Made by a program: the position numbers and the translations under genes. A stretch of DNA of 64,000 bases, from NCBI GenBank assembly GCA_048882485.1, contig JBHLRP010000001.1, forward strand, positions 281,466 to 345,465, written 5' to 3'. Source of the DNA: Candidatus Thorarchaeota archaeon. Lineage in GTDB: Archaea > Asgardarchaeota > Thorarchaeia > Thorarchaeales > Thorarchaeaceae. Below the pieces are notes generated by a model that was not told where the DNA came from, made no database searches, and saw only the letters and a program-made list of their open reading frames with translations. The stretch's first letter is position 1. Each line of letters opens with the position of its first letter. Shown here one piece after another: positions 9,898 to 19,801 of the stretch.

Positions 9898-10893
9898 CTA
9901 AATGTAGTAATCTGGTGGCTTGTCATCCAGACTCCGAAGAAGCGCCGCTGCAAGCGCGTAGAGCCAAATCTCATCTCTTGAAACTCGCTGCATCTCATTA
10001 AAAGGATCTATTTTGACTTCACTTCCGCCAGCCAAGTAGATACTCTGAGCTTGTCTGTAGACTGACCTGACAAGCTTCGTCTGTGATTTTATGTCTGATA
10101 AGTCGAGTTCAACTGCTTTCCCATAGGCCTCCGCAGCTTCGCCGTGTCTGTCCATCAAATCGTATATATCTCCGAGAAGTATCCATTTCTCATTGCTCTT
10201 GGGCCTTTTCTCAAGCTCATCGGTCAACTCTACTGCTCTCTGTTCAAGTGCGTCACCGTGACTCTCACGCAATTCCTCTCTCTTCTTTGTTACTTCTGGA
10301 GGGTCTCTCGAAAGAACGATGAGTAGGATGATTGTGTAGTCATGTGGAATGAGATTCCTGCTGTCTTCTGCTTCAAGAATTTGGATGAATTCGTCCATAA
10401 GTGAAGGATCTAGACTCCGAGCCTTCCTATGTGCGTTTCTAGCATCTCTGAGAGACCCACCCAAGAAAAGGGCATCTCCAAATAGCTTCCAAGCAGAAGC
10501 GTTTTCTGTATGAAGGCTTGTTGCCCTCTCAAACATTGATATTGCGTTATGCATCCTCCCCTGAGAAAGCTTCGTAACCCCCTCTCGGATATGATCCATT
10601 GCTTTGGCTTCATTCCTGATGCGGACCAATTCCGCCCTCTTTTCCAGGCTTTCATCTTTGTAAGAGCTATCAAGCTTCATTGCCTTCTGGTAGGCTTCAT
10701 CGGCTTCATCATACTGGGTTTTCTGAAGGAGGCAGTCCCCAAGACATTTCCAAGCCTCTGCAAAATTGGGATCAGTGTCTACTGCCTTTCTAAAGGAGCT
10801 CTCTGCCTTATGGAGTTCCATTCTAGCAAGCATTGCTTTGCCCATGCCAACCCATTCTCTGGCAATATCTCTCGGTTTCCTGGTCATCCCCAT
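9898..10893 (-). CDS. Tetratricopeptide-repeat protein
   Basis: Repeated 'AWKxLGD...AxxAYxKAxxLD' TPR units. Confidence 0.85.
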   Translation of the reverse strand: MGMTRKPRDIAREWVGMGKAMLARMELHKAESSFRKAVDTDPNFAEAWKCLGDCLLQKTQYDEADEAYQKAMKLDSSYKDESLEKRAELVRIRNEAKAMDHIREGVTKLSQGRMHNAISMFERATSLHTENASAWKLFGDALFLGGSLRDARNAHRKARSLDPSLMDEFIQILEAEDSRNLIPHDYTIILLIVLSRDPPEVTKKREELRESHGDALEQRAVELTDELEKRPKSNEKWILLGDIYDLMDRHGEAAEAYGKAVELDLSDIKSQTKLVRSVYRQAQSIYLAGGSEVKIDPFNEMQRVSRDEIWLYALAAALLRSLDDKPPDYYI

Positions 10894-10949
10894 TCCTCCT
10901 CTTCTAGGAATATAGCAAAGAGATGGTAGCGCATATTAAGCTTAACCAT

Positions 10950-11978
10950 TTACTCCATCAGGATTCTCTGGGTATTCCTTGGAACGGGCAGATCCTTCAT
11001 AGTGTGTAGCCCTGGGGCTGCTCTGACTACAATGGGAATCATATTTACAGCCATTGCTGCTGTGCCGTAGTCGCCCATTACTCCACCTTCAATCCTAGAG
11101 GTAAGATTGGGAAAGCCCTCGATCTTGACTTCATCATATTCAGGAGACGCACCTGCATGGGCAATGAAATCCAATGTAATGATGGTCTGATTTTTCTTGG
11201 TTCCAACTCCCCTGCTCCTGAGCCCAAGTACCTTCCCGACCTCGACTTTTGCAAATGAGGTATCTATCTCCTCCTCTGCAATGACTGCTTCTGGCGGTAG
11301 CTCCTCAAAGTGATCGAGATTCAAACCTAGGGCATCATCAATCAGACGCATGGACTCTACCAATCCAACATGGCCCGTGATTCTACCGCTTTCAATTGCC
11401 TCAGTGAACTCATTGACAGACATCGATGTTCCAACCTTCTTTTGGAATGAAGCCCTTCTTCTGGCAGAATCGATGACTCTGGTTACTTGAATTCTGACAA
11501 CTGACTGACAAGGGGCTGTCAAGACTATTGGCAGTAGGTCCATCAGATATCCTGGGTTGATTCCAGTCCCCAAAACTGACTTCCCTACTTCACGTGCCGC
11601 TTTGTCAATCTCTTTTGATAGTGCTGGATATCTAGCATAAGGATACGAGAGTTCCTCGCAGATCGATACCACATGCATTCCTGCCTCCAGACAACGGATG
11701 ATTGTTGGCTTCACCTCTTCTACCGACGAGGAAGTTAGAACCAAAGCGACATCAATAGGTTCTTGTATTTCCTCAAAGGCTGCATCAATTGTCGGGTAAA
11801 CTTTGGCAGTCGTGCCTGTCGGTTGAGTGAGAAAATCTGCTACTGGCTTTCTGCTCAATTCAGGGTCGACATCAACCACCGCAACAAGTTTCAGATTCCT
11901 ACGCGCAATGGCAGTTTCAGCAATTGGTCTTCCTATAGTGCCAAATCCAACTTGAAGCACAGTGAATGGTTTTGTCAT
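10950..11978 (-). CDS. NAD(P)-dependent amine dehydrogenase (2,4-diaminopentanoate dehydrogenase / DapB-like family)
   Basis: Rossmann GFGTIG, 'VVSICEEL', 'GTGINPGYLMD', 'GHVGLVES', 'GDYGTAA'. Confidence 0.8.
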   Translation of the reverse strand: MTKPFTVLQVGFGTIGRPIAETAIARRNLKLVAVVDVDPELSRKPVADFLTQPTGTTAKVYPTIDAAFEEIQEPIDVALVLTSSSVEEVKPTIIRCLEAGMHVVSICEELSYPYARYPALSKEIDKAAREVGKSVLGTGINPGYLMDLLPIVLTAPCQSVVRIQVTRVIDSARRRASFQKKVGTSMSVNEFTEAIESGRITGHVGLVESMRLIDDALGLNLDHFEELPPEAVIAEEEIDTSFAKVEVGKVLGLRSRGVGTKKNQTIITLDFIAHAGASPEYDEVKIEGFPNLTSRIEGGVMGDYGTAAMAVNMIPIVVRAAPGLHTMKDLPVPRNTQRILME

Positions 11979-12055
11979 GGCGTCGTTTCAAAATCAACTG
12001 CTGTATAACCTTTTGGGGAGAGAGATTGATGTCCATGGAAAGAGCCTTTTGAGGG

Positions 12056-13267
12056 ATGTGCTTGACTAAGTTCATGTTTCAGGTTCGAGAAGCAACAGAG
12101 GATGATAAGGAAGGTGCCCTTCGTGTTCTCTGGAAAGCGTTTGAAGGATTTCGCGATTTTGATGAAATGAAGAAGGATGACTGGACCCAATACTGGAATC
12201 GGCCCGAGGATGAGGATTGGGCTTATGTGGCAGTGGAGGATGGTCAGGTTCGTGCATGTCTTTCTTTCTTTGCGAGCGAGAGCAATGCCATCCGAGGAGT
12301 TCCTTTGCGATTTGGGGGAGTATGGGGTGTGGGAACCGAGCCACACTATCGAAAGCAAGGAATGATTGCAGCATTAGTCCGCGAGTCATTCAACCGAATG
12401 GCGAAGGAGGGGATCGTGCTTTCAATTCTCGATCCCTTCTTCCCACCATTTTACGAGAAATTTGGGTATGCACAGGCTGAGTCTCGAGTTGTACACAAAT
12501 TCAAACACGATAATCTTCGAGAGGTGAAGGGTTCTGAGCAGATATCAACACGAGTCCTTGAAGATACAGCTGAAGCTCCAAAAGCACTGAAGCTTCAAGA
12601 GTCAATGGCGAGATTTGGCTCGCGAGTCTTCTTCCTTCAGAAGTCACTGGAGAATCTGATTAAGAAGAATCATTATCACATATTGGAGCGGGATGGGAAT
12701 CCTGTCGGGGCGATTAAGTTTTGGTTCAAAAAAGTAAGTGATTGGGAATTCAATCTCGACATCTCAGCTACATCCTTCATCTCTATGGATGTACTGCCAT
12801 CAATTGTGGAGCTTGTCTCTAAATATTCAGTTAATGCAAAAGAGGTCAAATGGTACTGTGATCCTGAGATTCCCATTGCGTACTTCATGAAAGACCCCGA
12901 GGACGCACCTGTAGCCTCTTCTGGGAGAATGATGATGCGTGTCATTGATTTTGAGGGTTATTGCTCAAGCATTAAGGTCCCGTCGCGCGCCAAAGATTCG
13001 ATTGTGGTTAAGCTAGTAGACCGAGATTGTGAATGGAATACTGGAGTCTATCTTCTAAACCCCGATAATGGAAAGCTCGATGTCGAGAGAGTTGCCTCAA
13101 CCCCAGATGTTGTTCTCAATGATATTCAACTCTCACGAGTCATCTCTGGACGTACTCGGGCAATAGTACTGAGAGGCCTGGGTGGAATTGAATGTTCAAA
13201 GGAATCTGCAATGAAGCTAGATTCGATTTTCCCCGAGGAATCATTCGTTTCGTACCAGAGGTTCTAG
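12056..13267 (+). CDS. Eis-like GNAT acetyltransferase with C-terminal SCP-like domain
   Basis: 'GVGTEPHYRKQG', 'FYEKFGY', 'MMRVIDFE', 'DRDCEWNTG'. Confidence 0.85.
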   Translation: MCLTKFMFQVREATEDDKEGALRVLWKAFEGFRDFDEMKKDDWTQYWNRPEDEDWAYVAVEDGQVRACLSFFASESNAIRGVPLRFGGVWGVGTEPHYRKQGMIAALVRESFNRMAKEGIVLSILDPFFPPFYEKFGYAQAESRVVHKFKHDNLREVKGSEQISTRVLEDTAEAPKALKLQESMARFGSRVFFLQKSLENLIKKNHYHILERDGNPVGAIKFWFKKVSDWEFNLDISATSFISMDVLPSIVELVSKYSVNAKEVKWYCDPEIPIAYFMKDPEDAPVASSGRMMMRVIDFEGYCSSIKVPSRAKDSIVVKLVDRDCEWNTGVYLLNPDNGKLDVERVASTPDVVLNDIQLSRVISGRTRAIVLRGLGGIECSKESAMKLDSIFPEESFVSYQRF

Positions 13268-13273
13268 GATGTG

Positions 13274-13498
13274 CTATTCCCTAAATGATATACACCCATT
13301 AGGACACTCCTCAATGCAATTTCCACACTCTTTGCAGTACATGACATGGGCTACCTGTGGCTTCTCATCAAGCTTCTCGTAGACACCATATCGGCAAACC
13401 TTGACGCAGGTCCCACAACCATCACAGCATTCTTCGTCAATAACCGTAGGAATTACATTCCACCTGCAGAGTTTTGCTGAATCATTTTGCGAGTCCAT
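13274..13498 (-). CDS. 2x[4Fe-4S] ferredoxin
   Basis: CDGCGTCVKVC and CKECGNCIEECP; true start may be ATT at 13453 (see findings). Confidence 0.9.
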   Translation of the reverse strand: MDSQNDSAKLCRWNVIPTVIDEECCDGCGTCVKVCRYGVYEKLDEKPQVAHVMYCKECGNCIEECPNGCISFRE

Positions 13499-13627
13499 AT
13501 GAATGCTGGTTTAGTGACATATTGCCCCGAACTTGTAGAATATCTTGGACTAGGTAGAACTATTAGCCACATAAGCAAGTGACTCTAGGCCTTTGGTCCT
13601 AGCTATATCGGACGGAGAGGTGTCCCA

Positions 13628-15379
13628 ATGGCAGTCGAGAAAGAGGAAGCTATGTGGCAGAGCAAGATAATGGAGATTGTCAATGATGGCATAGTAGTCC
13701 TGATTGAAGAGGATGTCATGCTATCAAATGCTGCCTTCGCCGCTATGCTGAATTATGAAACGGAAGAGCTAGTTGATGCATCTTTTGAGGACCTCCTGCA
13801 TCCATCCTCGAAACGTTTTGATCGAAATATGATAGATGCTTTGTATTTGGGCGATGAACTCACTGCGTTCAATACAAGACTGCAGTCAAAGGAGGGGGAC
13901 ACAGTTCATGTTGAGATTCATCCAGTCAATGTTGTATTCGAAGGCGAGGATGCCGTCCTAGCCTGCATTCGAGACGTATCAAGAAGGATTGCACTTGAAA
14001 CAGAAGTTATTGAACTTGAGCAGAGATTTGCATCATTGTATGATATGTCCCCTATTGCGTATTTCATGCTGAATCGCCAAGGCATCATTGAACAGATTAA
14101 CCAAGCTGCTGAAGAGTTGCTTGGATGTGATGGTAGCGATATTCTAGGAAGAGCGCTTTCCGATTTCCTGCCAGATATTGAATCAGATTATGACCCTGGA
14201 CAAGAGCTGATTCGCGAAGTCCTAAGGGGCAAGAATGTAAGCGGCATTGAGATACAGATGCAGCGCCCTGATGAACGAGTTATATGGGCTAACGTGTCAT
14301 CGAGATCTCTTACAGTGGGCGCGGAAAAGCCTGTCGAGATTGGACTCATGGCTTTCGATGTAACACAGAGAAGAGCATCAGAATTGAGAATTCTTGAGGA
14401 GAAGCAGAGAGCTGATCTCTATTTAGGAATCATGGCGAGCGATCTTAACAACACAAACACAAGTGCGCTCTATTCCTTGGAGTTTCTTAGTACGACCCTT
14501 GACCTCCCCGAACATCATCAAAAGGTCCTGAATGAAGTCGTGTGGAATATTCGACGGGCTTCACGAATGATTGCTAACATGAGAGCCATCGTAATGCTGA
14601 AGGAGTCTCCTCCCACAATAGCAAAGACTGATCTATTCCCTCATTTCACCAGAGGTCTGCGCGAAGCAGACAGGGACTTCGAGGCAAAAACCCTGAATGT
14701 CAACACCAATATTGAGGATGACGCCTTTTGGGTATCTGGACATGCTTGGCTTTGGAGCGTGTTCTTCGTCATCCTCCATAACGCCCTAATGTACAATGAG
14801 AGCAAAGACGTCGAGCTTGATGTCAATGCTGAACTCATCGAGATGGGTCAAAAAGTCCGGATTGAATTTGCAGATAGAGGCCCGGGAATTCCTGATGACC
14901 TTAAGGAGAGTGTCTTTCGAAGAACGGGCAGTACGGAGGGCCATGCTCTAAGCAGTGGTCTTGGATTGACCGTCGTTAACCAAATGGTGACAGACTTGAA
15001 GGGCCAGGTATGGGTGGAGGACAGAGTGCCCGGTGATATGTCGCAAGGCAGCAAGTTCGTCGTCATTCTTCCTGCCTGGAAGGAGGAATTGGTATTACCC
15101 TGCGGCCGCGAATCATGCATCACCTTTTACAAGAGTGATCATTGTGTCTTCTGTGGTCCTGCTTATGACAACATGATGAGAGTGCTTGATGAGTTTGGCG
15201 TCAATCGCTTGATGGTTCAGGTCTTGAATGTCGATGATCCAGAGTCAGGAGTAACAGAAGCAGACCTCATTGCTCTACCTACGATACGTATCTGTGAAGG
15301 GGAACGAGAGGGATACGTAGAAGAGGATGATATCAGGACGCTCGTCTTGGAGATGATAATGAAAGGCTGCTTCTCCTAG
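13628..15379 (+). CDS. PAS-PAS / histidine-kinase-like (His absent) / thioredoxin-fold sensor
   Basis: Two PAS/PAC domains ('RDVSRR', 'FDVTQRR'); HisKA-like 'IMASDLNN'; HATPase N box 'LHNALMY', G1 'DRGPGI', G2 'SGLGL'; C-terminal 'FYKSDHCVFC...ALPTI'. Confidence 0.85.
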   Translation: MAVEKEEAMWQSKIMEIVNDGIVVLIEEDVMLSNAAFAAMLNYETEELVDASFEDLLHPSSKRFDRNMIDALYLGDELTAFNTRLQSKEGDTVHVEIHPVNVVFEGEDAVLACIRDVSRRIALETEVIELEQRFASLYDMSPIAYFMLNRQGIIEQINQAAEELLGCDGSDILGRALSDFLPDIESDYDPGQELIREVLRGKNVSGIEIQMQRPDERVIWANVSSRSLTVGAEKPVEIGLMAFDVTQRRASELRILEEKQRADLYLGIMASDLNNTNTSALYSLEFLSTTLDLPEHHQKVLNEVVWNIRRASRMIANMRAIVMLKESPPTIAKTDLFPHFTRGLREADRDFEAKTLNVNTNIEDDAFWVSGHAWLWSVFFVILHNALMYNESKDVELDVNAELIEMGQKVRIEFADRGPGIPDDLKESVFRRTGSTEGHALSSGLGLTVVNQMVTDLKGQVWVEDRVPGDMSQGSKFVVILPAWKEELVLPCGRESCITFYKSDHCVFCGPAYDNMMRVLDEFGVNRLMVQVLNVDDPESGVTEADLIALPTIRICEGEREGYVEEDDIRTLVLEMIMKGCFS

Positions 15380-15388
15380 GGTCTCCGA

Positions 15389-16651
15389 CTAGTCGGATAT
15401 TAGAATCTCTGTTGTGGCATCCTTTATTGTCTTGCAGCCAGTCATGATCATCGCTCTCCTCAAGTCTCCCTTGACGTAGTTGTAGTACATATTGACTGCA
15501 TCAGCCCCGCCGGCCAGAGACATCCTCAATAGTGGTCTACCAATATGTGTTGTATCAGCGCCCAATGCAATCACCTTCAGAACATCAAACCCAGTCCTTA
15601 TGGCGCCATCGACCATGATTGTGAGCTTCCCCTTAAGTTCGGCAGCGACATCGGGAAGAATCTCAACTACACCCTGTCCGTTGTCAAGCACTCGTCCACC
15701 ATGATTGGATAGATACACACCAGCAGCTCCTGAGTCCGCTACTGCGAGCGCGTCTTCAAGTGTCATTATCCCCTTGAAGAACACAGGTCTGCTTGTGGAA
15801 TCAACAAGCTCTTTCAATTCATTGGGGTCCTTACGATAGACGGGCTTACCTTTGGCGGCCCATATCGCAGACCCGCAACCATCAAGGTCCACGCCTATTG
15901 CGATAGCATTGTACTCTTCCGCGAGTTTAAAGAGTTCAAGGAGTCGTGATTGAGACTGAGGCTTGAATACAGCTATTCCCCAGCCGCCATTCTCCTTGAC
16001 CATGTCAATACCCAGATGATCCGGTACTGCGGCCGTGTTTCCGACAAGGCCTATTGTTCCAAATTCCTGTGCTCCCCGTAGGAGACCTCGATAAAAATCC
16101 GCCTCGGGTATCACATCATTCATGCTAGCTTTTACACCAGACATGCTGCATCCCAGAACAGGAGCGACAATCTCCTTTCCAAATACTCTCGTCCTCATCT
16201 CAGGTTCATAATGCTCTTTGACAACCCTCTGTTTCAATTTGTATTTGTGAATGGCCAAGTAATTTGCATGAAACGTGTTTCCCTGTCCAGCGCCACCGAC
16301 GCCAAGTGGCTTTCCATACTTCTGTCCAGCACAGACCCTGTCTTTTGCGCCATCACAGACGGGATGAACACCACACAGACCAGAAAGCATTTCCCTTGCA
16401 ATAGAGCGATAGTAGACGAGATCCTTCTTCTCTGGCTCTGGACCATCGCTTCTCTTCCTGCTTCGCGTCTTCTTCTCCATGAAGACCTCTTCACTAGTCT
16501 CCTGCATGTAGTTCCTCGGCTGACCGCAAATTGGGCATCTCCATTCATCAGGAATCTCTGCTACTTTGGTTCCTGGTGCCAGACCAGTATCAGGGTCTCC
16601 TTCGCTTTCGTCATACACATATGCGTTGCAGTAGGTACAGATGAAATACAA
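15389..16651 (-). CDS. Rubredoxin fused to FMN-dependent alpha-hydroxy-acid dehydrogenase
   Basis: N-terminal CTYC...WRCPIC rubredoxin; 'KGIMT', 'SNHGGRVLD', '[12 protein letters not shown]', 'GRP'; GGAGG Shine-Dalgarno before TTG. Confidence 0.9.
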   Translation of the reverse strand: MYFICTYCNAYVYDESEGDPDTGLAPGTKVAEIPDEWRCPICGQPRNYMQETSEEVFMEKKTRSRKRSDGPEPEKKDLVYYRSIAREMLSGLCGVHPVCDGAKDRVCAGQKYGKPLGVGGAGQGNTFHANYLAIHKYKLKQRVVKEHYEPEMRTRVFGKEIVAPVLGCSMSGVKASMNDVIPEADFYRGLLRGAQEFGTIGLVGNTAAVPDHLGIDMVKENGGWGIAVFKPQSQSRLLELFKLAEEYNAIAIGVDLDGCGSAIWAAKGKPVYRKDPNELKELVDSTSRPVFFKGIMTLEDALAVADSGAAGVYLSNHGGRVLDNGQGVVEILPDVAAELKGKLTIMVDGAIRTGFDVLKVIALGADTTHIGRPLLRMSLAGGADAVNMYYNYVKGDLRRAMIMTGCKTIKDATTEILISD

Positions 16652-16784
16652 CTTACAGCCTCCGGATCGCTCCGTCTGATTAGGAACCTAGGTCTTGGCA
16701 TCTATTACTAAATGTTGCTAATGAGGGTGAATTCATGCAAAGCACGGTCAGCTCGAAACTCACTGCTCCGGTCGCCCTATCGTT

Positions 16785-16809
16785 GAGAGGGGTGGTAGAA
16801 TCCCCTCTC
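16785..16809. terminator. Stem-loop just 3' of the MFS gene
   Basis: GAGAGGGG-N9-CCCCTCTC inverted repeat 5 bp after the MFS stop codon. Confidence 0.45.
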
Positions 16810-16814
16810 TGATT

Positions 16815-18167
16815 TCACATCCCAGGTCTCAAATCGTCCTCGAGATAAACCTGTGCTTCACCCATTACAGGTTGTCTAACCTTGACCAGGATTAGCAGCG
16901 CAATTGCAAAGACTCCCAAGATGCTGAGCATTGAAACGCGGTGAGCCATCGCTTCTCCTAAACTCGCAGCTAGTGCAAGTACAGTTCCATATACAGCTGG
17001 GCCGATTATTGCCGCAAACTTTCCGCTCAGAGCATAGATCCCGAACATCTCCGTCCTCTTCTCCTCGGGAATGAACTGACCGTACATTGACCGGGCTGTG
17101 CTTTGAGAAGAACCCATCCCGATGCCTGCTATCATGCCAACTGTCCACCATACAATCTGAGCTTCACCAAAGAATGCGATAAGCAGAGCAGCAATCCAAA
17201 TGCCGAGTGTAATCATCAGAGTCTTCTTAGTGCCAATTGAGTCTGCAATGTATCCGAAGACAAAGGCTCCTGGAATAGCAGCTAGCTGTGTCACTGCGAA
17301 GAAAATCAGAATGAGCTCATCACTGAATCCATACACCGCAGCTCCAAAGATGGCGGCAAAGTAGATTACCGTGCTTATTGCATCAGAAAACAGGAAGTAG
17401 GACGCTAGGAAACGTGGCAGTCCTTCATATTCTCCAATCTTGCTGAAGGTCTTCCTCACTCGTCTAAAGCCTATTGTGACTATGCTTACACCCTCCTCAT
17501 CAGGGAATTGACTTGGAGGTCGTTCCTTCAGCCCAATGATGCTTGGCACCGCAAACACAAGGAAGAATATTGCAGCAAACAGGAAAGGCAATGTTGGAAA
17601 GTCTGGAAGCATGAAGTAGCTGACTAACGCAATAATGATGGTTGGCATTGCACCCACATAGCCTGCTGCGTATCCAATACCGCTGATTCTTCCTACATCT
17701 TCCTCTATACTGATTTCAGGCAACCAAGCATTATAGAACGGCAAAGCACCTTCAAATCCAATGTTTGCTATGATGAAGAGTATGAACCCCCACATCCACA
17801 TATCCACCCCCAAGAATGCTGGCACACCCTATCTGAGGAAGAACATTAGTGATGTGAAGACGATCGACAATCCAGTGTAGAATGTCAGGAACTTTTTCTT
17901 CGCACCAGAGTAGTCAGCCATAGCTCCGAGGATTGGCGATGTAAGTGCGATTATTAGCATCGTGATGCTTCCTGCATATCCCCAGAGAGTCCCTCCTAGA
18001 ATAGGGTCTCCCACCAATCTTCGGAAAAAGAGCGGGAATAGAGCGGTAACAATGAGTACCGTGAAACTTGTATTGGCAAAGTCAAACAGGTACCATGCGG
18101 CTCTCTCTCTCCTGTCAGTTGGGATTCTCCCTGTCGATTGTTGCTCACCCATTATTTCTATCTCCAT
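16815..18167 (-). pseudogene. UMF1/Atg22-like MFS transporter interrupted by one in-frame TAG (17829-17831)
   Basis: ORFs 17829..18167 and 16815..17825 are in the same frame (...FFLR-TAG-GVPAF...); the joined product is about 450 aa with 'WYLFDFANTSF', 'SPILGAMAD', 'FYNAWLP', 'EMFGIYALSGK'. Confidence 0.75.
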
Positions 18168-18282
18168 GCTTCATTATGATTTGAAACAACTCATGGCTTC
18201 ATATCAGACATAGGTTTCTGCCGGAACTGCATTACTATCATTAACCGGAAGAGTTTACCTTAAGTTTAGACATACTCAAATC

Positions 18283-18675
18283 ATGCACGAATCAGAGGCA
18301 CTGAAATTCTGTGAGAGGTGGCTAGCAGCTTGGACCGGGAATCAGCCCGAGAAACTTGTTGGGTTCTATGCGAATCATGCATTCTATCGCGACCCTGCAA
18401 AACCGCATGGTATCAAAGGTCGTGACCAGCTGCTACTCTATTTCCAGAAACTGCTTGACAGAAACCCTGATTGGGCATGGACTGTTTCGAAGGTGTTCCC
18501 AACCAAAGACGGTTTCATTCTGAAATGGAAAGCTGAGATACCAGTTGGCTCAAGTGTGCTAATCGAAGAAGGCATGGATATTGTCGAAGTCATGTTTGAC
18601 AAGATAGTTCACAATGAAGTATACTTTGACCGATCAAATTGGCTAGAAGCATTGAGAGAAGACAAATGGTTCTGA
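18283..18675 (+). CDS. NTF2/SnoaL-like protein
   Basis: 'WLAAW...FYANHAFYRDP...IKGRDQL...GMDIVEV...EVYFD'. Confidence 0.8.
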   Translation: MHESEALKFCERWLAAWTGNQPEKLVGFYANHAFYRDPAKPHGIKGRDQLLLYFQKLLDRNPDWAWTVSKVFPTKDGFILKWKAEIPVGSSVLIEEGMDIVEVMFDKIVHNEVYFDRSNWLEALREDKWF

Positions 18676-19416
18676 CTATGCAGATAGAGATTGATACCAA
18701 TTCGCAATGATATCGTTGAATTGCTCCCATTGCTCCAGCATTACACTATGACCCGCCTTGGGTATGACATGCATTTCCGACCCTTTAATCCTGTCAGCCA
18801 TGTATTGAGAGTATTTCACTGGAGTTAACGCGTCGCTTTCGCCTACAATTATCAAGGTAGGAAGTGTGATATCATTCACTCTTCCCATTATGTCAAATTC
18901 ATCACACAATTTGTAGTCCCTGTGCGTTATGGATGCTGGACACTTTCTAACTTCGGCCCTAGAGGCCTCTCTAAGGTCTTCATCCGCATCTCCGTGGAAC
19001 ATGATCTCGCCAACAGCATTCACATAGCCCTCAAAGTCGTTCAGTAGCATATTGAGAATCATTGGATTAACTCTGAGTCGCGAACCAGTGCCAACAAGTA
19101 TGATGCCTTTTAGCTTATCGGGATTTTTGAGAGCATAGAGCTGAGTCAATGCTCCTCCCATGGAATGCCCACATAGAACTGGCTTTTCAAATTGGGAGAC
19201 TACTAAATCAATGTCATCTAGATAAGAGTTGGCAGGAGTAGCCTCCTTCCGATCTGGTGTTTTTCCATGGCCATTGAGATTAAGGCCGATCATGTGTAGT
19301 CGATCTGAGAGGTGTTTGATCTGCATGTACCATGTTGCTGAAGAGCCGCCTGCTCCATGAACCATGATGATTGGGCCTGGATTTCCCTTTCCCCTTTCTT
19401 CAATGTGGACACTCAT
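18676..19416 (-). CDS. Alpha/beta hydrolase
   Basis: HGAGG oxyanion loop, GHSMGG nucleophile, 'GESDALTP', 'AGHSV'; likely start ATG at 19416. Confidence 0.9.
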   Translation of the reverse strand: MSVHIEERGKGNPGPIIMVHGAGGSSATWYMQIKHLSDRLHMIGLNLNGHGKTPDRKEATPANSYLDDIDLVVSQFEKPVLCGHSMGGALTQLYALKNPDKLKGIILVGTGSRLRVNPMILNMLLNDFEGYVNAVGEIMFHGDADEDLREASRAEVRKCPASITHRDYKLCDEFDIMGRVNDITLPTLIIVGESDALTPVKYSQYMADRIKGSEMHVIPKAGHSVMLEQWEQFNDIIANWYQSLSA

Positions 19417-19579
19417 AATCGTTTGAATGCCTGCGCATCCTTTGAACCTTGTGAATTTCTGCAAGAGTTTAAAAGAAGAAGTTTCGCGGTGGGCCTCGTG
19501 AGTTTTGCTATGGACATGCTCAATGACGCCCTTTCATAACTATGCCGCCTTCTAGGCCATAGTAGGAACTTTGGATTAG

Positions 19580-19774
19580 TTGCCACACAAGAAGGGCCGT
19601 CGAGGCCAGAAGAAGACCCGCGTTCGTGAGGTTGGTGGTCTTCGCTATCCCCGCAAGATGGAGCGCTGCACTGTTCATGTGGCCCCCAACTGCAAGGGAT
19701 GGGCGAATAGCAACACCATGCCGGCACCGGGTGTCTGCAAGCGCTGCTACCAGACAATGAATTCCAAGAAATAG
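19580..19774 (+). CDS. Small basic Cys4 zinc-binding protein, ribosomal-protein-like
   Basis: 64 aa, K/R-rich N-tail MPHKKGRRGQKKTRVR, C-x7-C...CKRC, codon choices (cgt/cgc/aag/ggc) unlike its neighbours, own upstream TTTAAAA TATA-like box and downstream hairpin-U tract. Confidence 0.7.
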   Translation: MPHKKGRRGQKKTRVREVGGLRYPRKMERCTVHVAPNCKGWANSNTMPAPGVCKRCYQTMNSKK

Positions 19775-19801
19775 GGGGTTTATGGCCCCTTCTCGATTTT
19801 T
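19773..19801 (+). terminator. Hairpin plus U-tract
   Basis: AGGGGGTT-TAT-GGCCCCTT followed by ctcgattttt. Confidence 0.55.

Noticed and set aside
16720-16814. tRNA-like sequence near GGTAGAATCCCC
   Set aside because: It forms a simple hairpin only; no cloverleaf or GTTC T-loop.
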